From assembly GCA_963732385.1 (NCBI GenBank), contig CAVSZB010000002.1, forward strand, positions 160,001-224,000: 64,000 nucleotides of DNA. The letters are read 5' to 3'. The position numbers were made by a program, and so were the translations under genes. The DNA comes from an uncultured bacterium (GTDB lineage: Bacteria > Krumholzibacteriota > Krumholzibacteriia > LZORAL124-64-63). Positions 37,288 to 47,731 of this stretch are shown in pieces. The notes beneath the pieces are model-generated. The model searched no databases. It saw nothing but the letters and a program-made list of their open reading frames with translations, and was not told where the DNA came from. Positions within the stretch are counted from its first letter, which is position 1. The number at the start of each line of letters is the position of its first letter.

Positions 37288-38231
37288 GTGAGCAGCACTC
37301 TCACCGAACAGAAGATCGCGCTCCGGCGGCCCGTCTCGGCACGCGACGAGATGATCGCCCCGGTCCCGGTCGAGATCCCAGGGCCCACCGCGCCGCCTCC
37401 GGCCGGCCCGCCCGCGCTCCACCTGGAGCACGTGACCAAGACGTTCGTCGTCGGCCGGAAGCGGAAGCCGGTCGTCGCCGTCGACGACGTGTCGCTCCGC
37501 GTCGAGCCGCGGACGAGATCTACGGGCTCCTCGGGGCGAACGGGAGCGGCAAGTCCACCCTCATCCGCCTCGTGAGCACGCTGCTCACCCTCGACGCGGG
37601 GCGGGTCGAGGTGTTCGGCCACGACGTCGAGCGCGAGGAGATGGCGGTGAAGCGCCTCATCAACCGGGTGAGCGTCGACGCCGCCTTCTTCAAGAAGCTC
37701 TCGCCGTACGAGAACCTCGCCTTCGCCGCCCGGCTGTACGGCCTCCACGCGAGCGACGGGCCCGGGCGGAGGTCGTCCGGATCCTCGCGCGGCTCGGGCA
37801 TCGCCGAGAAGCCCGGATGGGGAGCCCGATCGAGCAGATGAGCCGGGGCATGCAGCAGAAGGTCGCCATCGCGCGGGCCCTGCTGACGAGCCCGACGCTG
37901 CTCCTGCTCGACGAGCCGACCACCGGCCTCGACCCGCGGTCGAAGCTCGAGGTCCAGGCCTTCGTCGAGGAGGTCCGGGAGACGCACGACGCGTCGATCG
38001 TGCTCACCACGCACGACCTCGGCGGAGGCCGACCGCCTCTGCGACCGGATCGCGATCCTCGACCGGGGCCGGCTGGTCGTCGAGGGACACGCCGACGAGC
38101 TCAAGGCAGCGGGTGGCCGCTCGACCACGGGCCTCGCGCCGACGCCTCGAGAACGTGCCTTCATGACCTACACCGGCCGCTCCCTCGACGAGGACGTCGA
38201 GGAGGAGGCCACCGAGAGGACGACGGAATGA
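37288..38231 (+). CDS. ABC-2/DrrA-type exporter ATP-binding protein (frameshifted)
   Basis: GANGSGKSTLIR, MSRGMQQKVAIARAL, LLLDEPTTGLDP, LTTHD. Confidence 0.9.
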
Positions 38232-38578
38232 CCTGGTCACGACCGCACGCATCGCGGGCCGTCGCCCGGCGCCGCCCGACCCACGACCGACGACCGCACG
38301 ACCGAAAGGAGCGTGATCGGCATCGCCGAACGGGACCGTCGCTACCGACGCGGTCCACGCCGACCGCGCCGCCCGGTTCGCAGCCAGGCGCACCCGACCC
38401 GTCGCACGTGCACCGCGCCGGGCGCCGCGCGCCGACGAGCGCCGGTCCGCCGGGCCGCTCGGCCGCTCGATCGTCCGGCTCGGCGCGCGGATCGCCGCCG
38501 ATCCGGTCCTCAGCGCCTCCAGCCGCCGGCCCCGCTGACGCGGGGCCGGGCGGGCACCCACCACCGAGGGAGCACGCC

Positions 38579-39398
38579 ATGACCACTGACCGTCGCGACG
38601 CGCGAGCTCGGCGCGCGCTACGCCTTCATCGAGCGCAACTTCAACCTCTCGCGCCGCTACTGGGGCTGGGAGCTCGCGTTCATCGTGTACGCGATCGCCG
38701 GCGCCCTCGCGATCTCGCTTCATCGGCGCCGAGCAGGGCGACCCGCGGCTCACCTTCAGCCTCGTCATCGGGGCCGATCTTCTGGAACTACCTCTCGACC
38801 GTCTTCAGCTTCATCGCCGAGACGATCGCCTGGGAGCGCTGGGAGGGGACCCTCGAGTACACGATGATGGCGCCGGTCCGCCGCTCGTCGCAGCTGCTGG
38901 GCTCGACGTTCTACGCGGTCATCTACGGGCTCATCCACACGACGATCATCCTCGTCGTCCTGTCGCTCTTCTTCGGGCTCGACCTGTCGTCCAGGCGAAC
39001 TTCGTCACGGCCGCCGTGGTTCATGCTCGTCGGGTCGTTCTCGATCATCGGGATCGGCGATGATGGCGGCGATCCTGCCGCTCCTGTACGTGGAGCGCGG
39101 CGCGCAGATGACGTTCGTCACTCCAGTCGGTGCCTCCTCGTCGTCAGCGGCGTCTACTACTCGGTCGAGGTCCTGCCGCCGAGTGGATGCAGGTCCTGTC
39201 GAAGCTCTCGCCGGCGACGTACATCCTCGACGGCGTGCGCGCCGGGCTCCTCGACGGGGCACCGGTCGCGCGAGGTCCTGGTACGACATCTGGCCGCTCG
39301 CGATCATGGGCGTCGTCCTGATCCCGGCCGGGCTCTGGCTCTTCGGGCGCGCCGAGCGATACGCGAAGCGCACCGGCAAGCTCAAGCGAGTCGGGTGA
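38579..39398 (+). CDS. ABC-2 type permease (frameshifted)
   Basis: AFIERNFNL, WERWEGTLEYTMMAPV, SGVYY, AERYAKRTGKLKR. Confidence 0.85.
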
Positions 39399-40465
39399 TG
39401 ACGACGACCAACGCTCCCGCGGCCGGCACCGTGTCGGCCGACATCCCGGTCGGGGCGACCCCGACCGCGGTTCCCGGGCTCCTCCTCCGGCCGGCCCGCT
39501 GGCCGGAGGAGGCGACCGTCCTCATCGACGTCAACAACGCGATGCGGCTCGCCGGCGGCAGCCTCGCGGTGATGACCGTCGAGGGGATCCGCGCCTACTA
39601 CGACCACCTCGAGAACAGCGACCTCGCGACCGACCTGCGGATCGGCGAGGTCGGCGGCCGCCCGGTCGCCTACGTCCGCGTCGAGTGGCGCGACGAGCAC
39701 CGGGGCGACCGGGCCTTCGGGACCGCCCTCTTCCGGGCGCCCGACGCGCCGGCCGGGACGTTCGCCGCGCTCCTCGACTGGGCAGTGGCGCGGCATCGCG
39801 TCAACGCCGCGGCCGTGCCGCCGGACGGCCGGCCTTCGATCGTCACCGCGACCACCTGGGGCGAGGATGCCGAGGGCGAGGCCGAGCTGCGCTCCCGCGG
39901 CTTCGAGAACGTGCGCTTCGGCTACGAGATGCTCCGCCCGACGCTCGACGACATCCCCGACCGGGAGCTCCCCGCCGGCGTCGAGGTCAGGCCGGTGGAG
40001 CCCGGCCACGTCCGGGCGATCTTCGAAGCCGAGGTCGACGCCTTCGCCGGCCACTGGGGCGCCGGACCCGAGGACGGCTCGGACGAGCGCTGGCGGGAGT
40101 TCCAGGAGGACCCCTTCAACCGCGACACGAGCCTGTGGCAGGTCGCCTGGGCGGGTGACGAGGTCGTCGGCATGGTGCGGCCGTTCATCAACGACGAGGA
40201 GAACGTCCGCGCCGGGGTCCGCCGCGGCTGGTGCGAGAACATCTCGACCCGGGCCGCCTGGCGCGGCCAGGGGTCGCCTCGGCGCTGATCTGCCGCGCCC
40301 TGCCGGTCGTTGCGAGACCGGGGCATGACCGAGGCCGCGCTCGGCGTCGACGCCCAGAACGAGACAGGCGCCCTCCGCCTGTACGAGGCGATGGGCTTCC
40401 GGCCGGTGTTCCGCGAGGTCGAGTGGCGGCGCCCGCTCGACGACGAGCCGGGGGCCGGGCGATGA
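39398..40465 (+). CDS. Two-domain GNAT acetyltransferase (frameshift near 40270)
   Basis: AFAGHWG, WQVAWAGDEVVG, RGWCENISTRAAWRG, AALGVDAQN.TGALRLYE.MGF. Confidence 0.85.
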
Positions 40466-41589
40466 GCCTCGCGGGATCTCCGGCGGAGCTCGCCGGCCTG
40501 ACCGCCCTGGGCTGGGATGCCGCCTGGCAGGCCGCCTTCGCGCCCATGGCTCCCGGGCTCGTGCCGGCGCGGGTCGTCGGCGCGCATCGCGGCACCTGGG
40601 AGGTGGCGACCGGCGTGCCCGGCGGGCCCCTCGAAGCCCGCGCCACGGGACGCCTTCGTCACGAGGCAGGCCCGGCGGAGCTGCCGGTCGTCGGCGACTG
40701 GGTCGCCGTGGACGCCCGGCCGCAGGAGGGAGCGGCGTCGGTCCACGTCGTCCTGCCGCGCCGGACTCAGCTGCGGCGCAAGGCGCCGGCCGACTACGGC
40801 GCTCCGGTCCAGGTGCTCGCGGCGAACGTCGACGTCGTCCTCGTTGCGACCTCGCTGAACCGTGACCTGAACTCGCGGCGCGTGGAGCGGTTCCTGACGG
40901 CCGCCTGGGAGTCGGGCGCCCGGCCGGTCCTCGTCCTCACGAAGGTCGACCTCGCCCGCGACCCGGTCGAGGTGGCCGTCGCCGAGGCCCGGCTCGAGGA
41001 GGTTGCGGCCGGCGTGCCCGTCGTGGCGACGAGCGCGGTCAGCGGCGCCGGCCTCGACGCGGTCCGCGCCTTCCTGGGCGCCGGGCGGACGGTCGCCCTC
41101 GTCGGCTCGTCGGGCGTCGGCAAGAGCACGCTCGCCAACGCGCTGCTCGGCGAGGAGCGGCTCCTCGTCCGCGAGATCCGCGAGGACGATGCGCGCGGCC
41201 GGCACACGACCGTGGGGCGGGAGCTCGTGGCCCTGCCCGGCGGCGAGGGGCTGCTCCTCGACACGCCCGGGCTCCGCGAGCTCGGGCTCTGGGACGACGG
41301 CACCGGCCTGGACCTCGCCTTTGCCGACGTCGCGACGGCGGCGGAGTCCTGCCGCTTCTCGGACTGCCGCCACGAGTCGGAGCCGGGCTGCTCCGTCCGG
41401 GCGGCGGTGGCCGACGGAACCCTCCACGCGGACCGCTTCGAGGGCTGGCAGAAGCTCGAGCGGGAGGAGCGCCACCGGGCGATCGAGATGGATGCAGTGG
41501 CCCGACGCGCGGAGAAGAGGCGCTGGGCCGCGATCGGCAAGGCGGGCGCCGCCCGTTCGAAGGCGAAGCGCGGGGAGTGGGGCCGCTAG
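40462..41589 (+). CDS. rsgA: Ribosome small subunit-dependent GTPase A family
   Basis: PVVGDWV, AANVD, LTKVD, GSSGVGKST, GRHTT, DTPGLRE, C-RFSDC-H--EPGC zinc finger. Confidence 0.95.
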   Translation: MSLAGSPAELAGLTALGWDAAWQAAFAPMAPGLVPARVVGAHRGTWEVATGVPGGPLEARATGRLRHEAGPAELPVVGDWVAVDARPQEGAASVHVVLPRRTQLRRKAPADYGAPVQVLAANVDVVLVATSLNRDLNSRRVERFLTAAWESGARPVLVLTKVDLARDPVEVAVAEARLEEVAAGVPVVATSAVSGAGLDAVRAFLGAGRTVALVGSSGVGKSTLANALLGEERLLVREIREDDARGRHTTVGRELVALPGGEGLLLDTPGLRELGLWDDGTGLDLAFADVATAAESCRFSDCRHESEPGCSVRAAVADGTLHADRFEGWQKLEREERHRAIEMDAVARRAEKRRWAAIGKAGAARSKAKRGEWGR

Positions 41590-41618
41590 CACGGTACCGC
41601 AGTTGGACTGGAGTGACG

Positions 41619-41825
41619 ATGAGCACAGCGGACGATCCGTTCGAGTCCCTGGGGGCTCCAGCACGCAGGGCGCTCGACCAGGCGGGCATTCGGCGGCTCG
41701 AGGACCTCCGTGCAGTGACGCGGCCCGAGGTCCTCGCCCTGCACGGCATGGGTCCGAAGGCGATGGGCCGGCTCGAGGCGCGGCTGCGGGATGCCGGGAC
41801 CTGGTTCCGCGAGGAGCGTCCGTGA
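41619..41825 (+). CDS. Small HhH / RNA polymerase alpha-CTD-like protein
   Basis: GGAG RBS; APARRAL..AGI..LEDL...EVLALHGMGPKA. Confidence 0.8.
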   Translation: MSTADDPFESLGAPARRALDQAGIRRLEDLRAVTRPEVLALHGMGPKAMGRLEARLRDAGTWFREERP

Positions 41826-42862
41826 CGGACTTCGCCCCCGAGGTCCCCGCGATCCCGGGGCTCGTCGTGCGTCCCTGGCGGGACCCGACGGACTTCGGGC
41901 CGATGGCGGAGGCGCGGAACGCCGCCTTCCTCGCCGACCGACTCGACGAGACGACGACCGGCGAGGTCCTCGGCAACGAGATCCTCCACGACCCGCGGGT
42001 CGACCCGCCGCGCGACCTCTCGGTCGTCGAGCTCGACGGCCGGGTCGTCGGCTACGCGGTTCGCTGGCGGTGGATCGAGGAGGCGTCCGGCGACGCAATC
42101 CTCTCCCACCGCTGCTACCTCGCTCCGGTCATCCGACGGCAGGGCGTCGGGCGGGCGATCCTCCTCGCCAGCGAGCGGTCGCTCGCGGCCGAGGCACTCG
42201 TCCCCGTCGGCAGCGGGAGCCGGCGCTTCGAGACCTGGGCCGACGACGGGGCGACCGGCTCGCTTGCGCTGCTGACGATGGAGGGCTACGAGCCGTCGCG
42301 CTGGTTCTTCATGATGCTTCGGCGCGGCCTCGACGCGATCCCGGAGGTGCCGCTGCCCGAGGGCCTCGAGGTCCGGCCGGTCCTCGACCGGGGCGGGGCG
42401 ATGGCGGTCCTGTGGGCCGACGACGAGGCCTTCCGCGACCACTGGGGCTACACGCCCAGCCTCGTCGAGGAGCTCGAGGGATATCTCGACGACCCGCGCC
42501 AGGACATCGCGCTGTGGCAGGCGGCGTGGGACGGCGACGAGGTCGCCGGCTCCGTGCTGCCGCTGATCGACACGGCCGAGAACGAGCGGTTCGGGCGACG
42601 CCGCGGCTGGATCGACGCCGTGTCGGTGCGCCGACCCTGGCGCCGCCGCGGGCTGGCGCGGGCGCTCCTCGTCCGGGGCTTGACCGCGCTTCGCGAGCGG
42701 GGCCTCGACGAGGCGGTCCTCGGCGTCGACGCCGACAACCCGCAGGGCGCCCTCGGCCTGTACGAGTCGGTGGGCTTCCGCCTGCACCGGCGATCGGCGG
42801 TCTATCGGAAGCCGGCGCCGCCGGCGCCGCCGGTCGGGACGGAGGCCGTGGATCGAGGCTAG
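41822..42862 (+). CDS. Two-domain GNAT acetyltransferase
   Basis: EAFRDHWG, WQAAWDGDEVAG, VSVRRPWRRRGLARAL, LGVDADNPQGALGLYESVGF. Confidence 0.9.
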   Translation: MTDFAPEVPAIPGLVVRPWRDPTDFGPMAEARNAAFLADRLDETTTGEVLGNEILHDPRVDPPRDLSVVELDGRVVGYAVRWRWIEEASGDAILSHRCYLAPVIRRQGVGRAILLASERSLAAEALVPVGSGSRRFETWADDGATGSLALLTMEGYEPSRWFFMMLRRGLDAIPEVPLPEGLEVRPVLDRGGAMAVLWADDEAFRDHWGYTPSLVEELEGYLDDPRQDIALWQAAWDGDEVAGSVLPLIDTAENERFGRRRGWIDAVSVRRPWRRRGLARALLVRGLTALRERGLDEAVLGVDADNPQGALGLYESVGFRLHRRSAVYRKPAPPAPPVGTEAVDRG

Positions 42863-43635
42863 AGGGGCAGGCGCCCCTCGTGGGCAATCAGCTCGAGCCA
42901 GGGCCGCTCCGCGCCGATGGTCGTGGCGCGGCCGTGGCCGGGCTGGACGCGGAGGGCGTCTGGCAGCGTCGCCAGGCGGCGGAGCGAATCCGCCATCGCG
43001 GCGGGGTCTCCACCCGGGAGGTCCACGCGCCCCCAGCCAGCGGCGAACAGCGTGTCGCCGGTGAAGATGATGCCGGCTTCGTGGGAGACGAGGCAGACCG
43101 AGCCCTCGGTGTGGCCGGGGGTGTGGAGGACGTCGAGCCGGACGCCGCCGAACCGGATGACGCCGCCTTCGGCGAGCTCGGCGGCGGGGACGCAGGGCGG
43201 GATCGGGAACGGGGCGAAAAGCGGCTTCGGGTCGGTGAGGCGATGCCAGTCGGCCGGGTGGGCGGCGATCTCGGCGCCGCGGGCGGAGTCGTGGCGTCGC
43301 GCGCGCCCGTCGGGGGCGAGGACGACGACGCCGTGCTCCGCGGCGTGGGTGGCAAGCGGGTCGACCGCCGCGAGGGCGGCGCCGGTCTCGAGCGCGGGTT
43401 CCACCCCCGCGTCGTTCGACCACGCCTGGAGCGCCGCGTTCTCGCCCGTGTGGTCCCAGTGGCCGTGGGTCGAGACGATCAGGAGCAGGCGCCAGTCGCG
43501 TGCCGCGAGCTCGCCGGTGATCCAGGCGAGGCCCGGGATCGCCGTGTCGATGACGATCGCCTCGCGCGTCCGCGGGTCGGCGACGAGGTGGACGTTCGTC
43601 TGCAGCGGGCCGATGACCCCGGTCACGAGCTCCAT
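42859..43635 (-). CDS. MBL-fold metallo-hydrolase (glyoxalase II-like)
   Basis: THGHWDH, HTPGHTEG, FTGDTLF, PGHG. Confidence 0.9.
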   Translation of the reverse strand: MELVTGVIGPLQTNVHLVADPRTREAIVIDTAIPGLAWITGELAARDWRLLLIVSTHGHWDHTGENAALQAWSNDAGVEPALETGAALAAVDPLATHAAEHGVVVLAPDGRARRHDSARGAEIAAHPADWHRLTDPKPLFAPFPIPPCVPAAELAEGGVIRFGGVRLDVLHTPGHTEGSVCLVSHEAGIIFTGDTLFAAGWGRVDLPGGDPAAMADSLRRLATLPDALRVQPGHGRATTIGAERPWLELIAHEGRLPL

Positions 43636-43641
43636 GGCAGC

Positions 43642-44499
43642 TCAGCGCGGCTCCCAGGTCACGATGCCGGTGGCCATGTCCACCTGCGTGGTGAGCCCCA
43701 CCGTGCCATCCGGCCGGTCCTCGAGCCGGGAGTCGAGCTCGCGCGCCAGGACGCCGTCCTTCGCGGACCCGGCCTCGACGAAGAGCTGGTTCCGCAGCCA
43801 GCGGACCATCTCGTCGCGCGACCCGAAGCCACGGGTCGGGCGGGGCAGGCGCCTATCCAGCGGGTGCCGGCCCCTGGCGCGCAGGAGGCCGACGAAGTCG
43901 TCGAGCGCCGGCAGCTCGATGCGCTCCTCGCCGTGGACCAGCGGCCAGAACGGGTGGGCCGCCGCGGCGGGCGGCCCGTCGGCGAGGATCGCGACGCACA
44001 GGCGGCCGGCGGCGGCCTCCAGCGCGTCGAGGAACGGGCCGATCGCCTCGACGTCGTAGCCGAGGTTGGCGATGAGGGCGGCGTCGCCGGTCGGCGGCGG
44101 CCCGACGGCAGCGTCGACCGGCCAGCGCGCCTCGACCGTCCGGACGTTGGCGATCCCGTGCTCGGCGGCCTGCTCCGTCAGCGCCGCCAGCATCCCCGGC
44201 GACGGGTCCAGTGCGACCACCTCGCGCACGCGCAGGGCCAGCGGGAGCGCGTACCGGCCCGCGCCCGCCCCAATGTCGAGCCAGGCGTCGTCCGGCTGCG
44301 CGAGCGGCAGGAGATGGTCGAGGACGTCGTCGTCGGTCCGGCGCGGGTCGGCGATGAACAACCGGCTCACGGGGGCGTAGAAGTCGCCGCCTTCCGGCGT
44401 CTCGCGGACGCGGGCGGTCTGCTCGTGGTGGGCCCGGACGCGGGCACCCCAGGCCGACTCGGCGGCGGCGCGGGCGATCGACGAACGGACGGTGGTCAC
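43642..44499 (-). CDS. Class I SAM-dependent methyltransferase
   Basis: WLDIGAGAGRYA, VVALDPSPGM. Confidence 0.85.
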   Translation of the reverse strand: MTTVRSSIARAAAESAWGARVRAHHEQTARVRETPEGGDFYAPVSRLFIADPRRTDDDVLDHLLPLAQPDDAWLDIGAGAGRYALPLALRVREVVALDPSPGMLAALTEQAAEHGIANVRTVEARWPVDAAVGPPPTGDAALIANLGYDVEAIGPFLDALEAAAGRLCVAILADGPPAAAAHPFWPLVHGEERIELPALDDFVGLLRARGRHPLDRRLPRPTRGFGSRDEMVRWLRNQLFVEAGSAKDGVLARELDSRLEDRPDGTVGLTTQVDMATGIVTWEPR

Positions 44500-45152
44500 G
44501 GACGGCTCCCTTCGGCGGACGCAAGGCGGGCGAGATCGACGGGCGTGTCCACGTCCGGATTGTCGCCCGCCACCCGCACTCGCACAACGCGGCCGGGATC
44601 GGCTGCCAGGAGCGGCCCGAGTCCGCGGTCGCCCTCGAGCGAGGCCGCTCGGGCCAGGCCGGCCGGGAGGACGAGGATCGGGTTCGGCGCGTCGTCGCCC
44701 GCATAGGCGGGGGCGACCGCGAGACTGCCCGCCGGTGCACGACCGGCGGCTCGGACGAGGGCCGCGATCACCCCGGGCCGCACCCGCGGCTGGTCGCCGA
44801 GCAGGACCAGCACGGCTGCCGGCGCGGGCGCGGCGGTCGCCGCCGCCAGGCCGAGCCGCAACGACGAGGCGAGGCCGCGCTCAGGCGCGGGGTTGACGGC
44901 GACGAGCACGCCGTCGAGCGCGCCCTTGTCGTCGGCGATCAGGGTCGCCCGAACGGCGGCCGCGTCACGCCCGAGGACGAGAACGATGCGCGCCACCCCC
45001 GCCGTCCGGGCTGCCGCGAGCACGTGGGCAGCGAGTGGCCGGCCCTCCAGCGGCGCGCGGACCTTGCCGCCGCCGAACCGGCTCCCGGCGCCGGCGGCGA
45101 GGACGATGCCCGCGACTGTCGACCGCGCGACCGCGGCATCGGGCTGGGTCAC
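44496..45152 (-). CDS. mocA: MocA/MobA-family nucleotidyltransferase
   Basis: IVLAAGAGSRFGGGK, NP....GLASSL, LLGDQP, GDRG, DVDTP. Confidence 0.8.
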   Translation of the reverse strand: MTQPDAAVARSTVAGIVLAAGAGSRFGGGKVRAPLEGRPLAAHVLAAARTAGVARIVLVLGRDAAAVRATLIADDKGALDGVLVAVNPAPERGLASSLRLGLAAATAAPAPAAVLVLLGDQPRVRPGVIAALVRAAGRAPAGSLAVAPAYAGDDAPNPILVLPAGLARAASLEGDRGLGPLLAADPGRVVRVRVAGDNPDVDTPVDLARLASAEGSRP

Positions 45153-46595
45153 GGGCGGCCAGCCTCCGTGGCCGCCAGCGCCGCGAGGATCGCCTCCACC
45201 GAGCGATCGCCGTCGTCGGGCGTCGTCGCCCAGTTGGAGACGGAGATGCGCATCGCCAGCCGGCCCTGCCCAGGTCGTGCCGCCGGCCCACGTCGTCCCT
45301 CCCTCCTGGACCCGGCGGATCACCTCGGCCGTGACGTCGTCCGAGCCGGCGAACCGTACCAGCACCTGGTTGAGGACGACCTCGTTCAGGAGCTCGACGC
45401 GGGCGTCCCGAGCCAGCGCATCCGCCATCCGGCGGGCGACGGCGCAGTCCGCGTCCACCATCCGGCGGACGCCATCGCGCCCGAGCGCCCGGAGCGCAGC
45501 GTAGATCACGAAGCCTCGGGCGCGGCGACTCATCTCCGGGACGTACTCGAACGGGTCGCGCTCCGCGCCCGGGGCCGGCGGAAGGTAGGCGGCGGCCACG
45601 CTCATGGCAGCCCGGTGGGCGGCCGCGTCCCGGACGAAGACGATGCCGGAGTCGTACGGGACGTTGAGCCACTTGTGGGCATCCGTTCCCCACGAATCGG
45701 CCAGCTCGTGGCCGCGCACGAGGTGGCGCAGCGCTGGCGACGCCGCGGCCCAGAGCCCGAACGCCCCGTCGACGTGGAGCCACGCCGCCGGCCGCTCCCG
45801 GACGATCCTCCCGATCTCCGCGAGAGGGTCGAAGGCGCCCGTGTTCACCTCGCCGGCCTGCGCTGCCACGAGGACCGGACCGGGCGGGAGCGCCGCAAGC
45901 ACGCGTTCCAGGTCGCCCGGCCGCATGGCCCCCTCGTCGTCGACGGCGACGCGGATGGCGATCCGGCGGCCGAGGCCAGCCAGGCGAAGCGCCATGATCA
46001 TCGACGCGTGGACCCGCTCGCCCACAACGACGTGGATCCGCGGCGCGCCCGTGAGGCCGTCCTCCTCCACGTCCCAGCCGACGCTCCGCAGCAGGGCGTG
46101 ACGTGCGGCCGCGACCGCCGTGAAGTTCGCAACTGTCGCGCCGGTCGTGAAGCCGACCGAGGTTCCTGCGGGCAGCCCCAGGAGCTCGACGAGCCAACCG
46201 GCGGCGACCTCCTCGACGACCGATGCTGCGGGCGTTCCCAGGAACAGCCCGACGTTCTGGTCCCAGGTCGAGACGAGCCAGTCGACGGCGTGCGCAGCTG
46301 GCAGCGAGCCGCCGATGACGAAGCCGAAGTACCGCGGCGACGTCATCGCTACGAGGCCGTCGTCGATGTCGCGAACCAGCGCCCGAACGACCTGGCCGGG
46401 ATCCTCCCCGACCGCGGGCAGGGGCCCGCCAAGCCGGGCCCGCAGCTCGTCGGCAGTCAGCCCCGGCCGCGCGCCGACCCGCCGCGTCGGGACGCCCGTC
46501 CGGTACGCGATGGCGAGCTCGGCCGTCTCCCGGAGCAGGTCGGCGGCCGCGGCCTCCATGGCCCGCGGCTGCCAGCCCGCGTCCTGTCCGTCCAT
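45149..46595 (-). CDS. Group II PLP-dependent decarboxylase (frameshift near 45270)
   Basis: SPRYFGFVIGG, GEVNTGAFDP, WLHVDGAFG, DSWGTDAHKWLNVPYDSG, SRRARG. Confidence 0.9.
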
Positions 46596-46626
46596 GACAT
46601 CCCCCTTCCGCCGGTGCGACCGGCAC

Positions 46627-47715
46627 TCACCCCTTCCCCAGCGCCCGCATCGGGACGCCCGTGCCACCGTATCGGTCGGCCACGATCTCGGCCATGATCG
46701 CCAGGGCCGTCTCCGCCGGGTCGCGCCCGCCCAGGTCGAGCCCGATCGGACCCCGCAGCCGGGCGAGGTCCCCCTCCCCCACCCCTGCCTCGCGCAGGCG
46801 CTCGCGGCGCCAGGCCTGGGTCTTCCGCGATCCGATCGCCCCGACGTACCGACAGCCGCGTCGCAGCGCCTCGACGATCGCCGGCTCGTCGAACTTCGGG
46901 TCGTGCGTCAGCACCGCGACCGCATCGGCCGGGCCGAGGCCGATCTCGTCGGCGACCTCGTCGGGCCAACCGACGACGAGCGCGTCGACGTCCGGGAAGC
47001 GCTCCTGCGTCGCGAACGCAGCCCGCCCGTCCACGACGGCCGTTGCATAGCCGACCTCGCGGGCGATCCGGGCCAGCGGGATGGCCACCTGCACAGCTCC
47101 GACGATGACCAGCCGCGGGGGCGGTGCGAAGCCCTCGACGAACCACTGGCGGCCCTCCGCCTCCACGACGACCGAGCGGCCCTGCGCGAGCGCCTCGCCG
47201 GCCGCCCGGACGACCGCCGCATCGACCTCCGGGGAGCCGGTCGAGCCGGTCGCCGATCCGTCCGGGGCGACCGTGATGGCCGGCGACGGTGCTTCGCCCG
47301 CAGCGCGGGGAGCTGGTCCGAGTACCGGGCCGGGCGCGTCGCCGGGGAGCGGCGTGACGACCGCCACACCGCCGCGCCCCGATGCCGCGTCGAGCACCTC
47401 CGGCCGCAGCGCCGGCTCGACGAGGACGTCGATCGTCCCGCCGCAGGCAAGGCCGACGTCCCAGGCCTGCTCGTCGCTGATGCCGAAGCGGATGACCCGG
47501 GCGACGCCGTCGGCGCGGGCGCGGAGGACCTCCTCGGCCGCCGCTCCCTCCACGCAGCCGCCCGAGACGGACCCGGCCAGGCGCCCGTCCGCGGTGACGA
47601 CGAGGCTCGCCCCTTCGGGCCGCGGCGTGGACCGGAACGTCCGCACCACGACGGCCCGACCCATCTCGACACCCTCGGCCTGCCATGCGCGCACCTGCAC
47701 GAGCAGCTCCTTCAT
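46627..47715 (-). CDS. xdhC: XdhC/CoxI family molybdoenzyme maturation factor
   Basis: GSVSGGCVEG, VGLACGG, LTHDPKFD, YVGAIGS, GPIGLDLG..P.ETALAIMAE. Confidence 0.95.
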   Translation of the reverse strand: MKELLVQVRAWQAEGVEMGRAVVVRTFRSTPRPEGASLVVTADGRLAGSVSGGCVEGAAAEEVLRARADGVARVIRFGISDEQAWDVGLACGGTIDVLVEPALRPEVLDAASGRGGVAVVTPLPGDAPGPVLGPAPRAAGEAPSPAITVAPDGSATGSTGSPEVDAAVVRAAGEALAQGRSVVVEAEGRQWFVEGFAPPPRLVIVGAVQVAIPLARIAREVGYATAVVDGRAAFATQERFPDVDALVVGWPDEVADEIGLGPADAVAVLTHDPKFDEPAIVEALRRGCRYVGAIGSRKTQAWRRERLREAGVGEGDLARLRGPIGLDLGGRDPAETALAIMAEIVADRYGGTGVPMRALGKG

Positions 47716-47731
47716 GGTCGATCCCCTCTCT

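Noticed and set aside
222..40300. Mass pseudogenisation or programmed frameshifting
   Set aside because: Indels hit conserved genes indiscriminately while motifs stay intact, which fits sequencing error.
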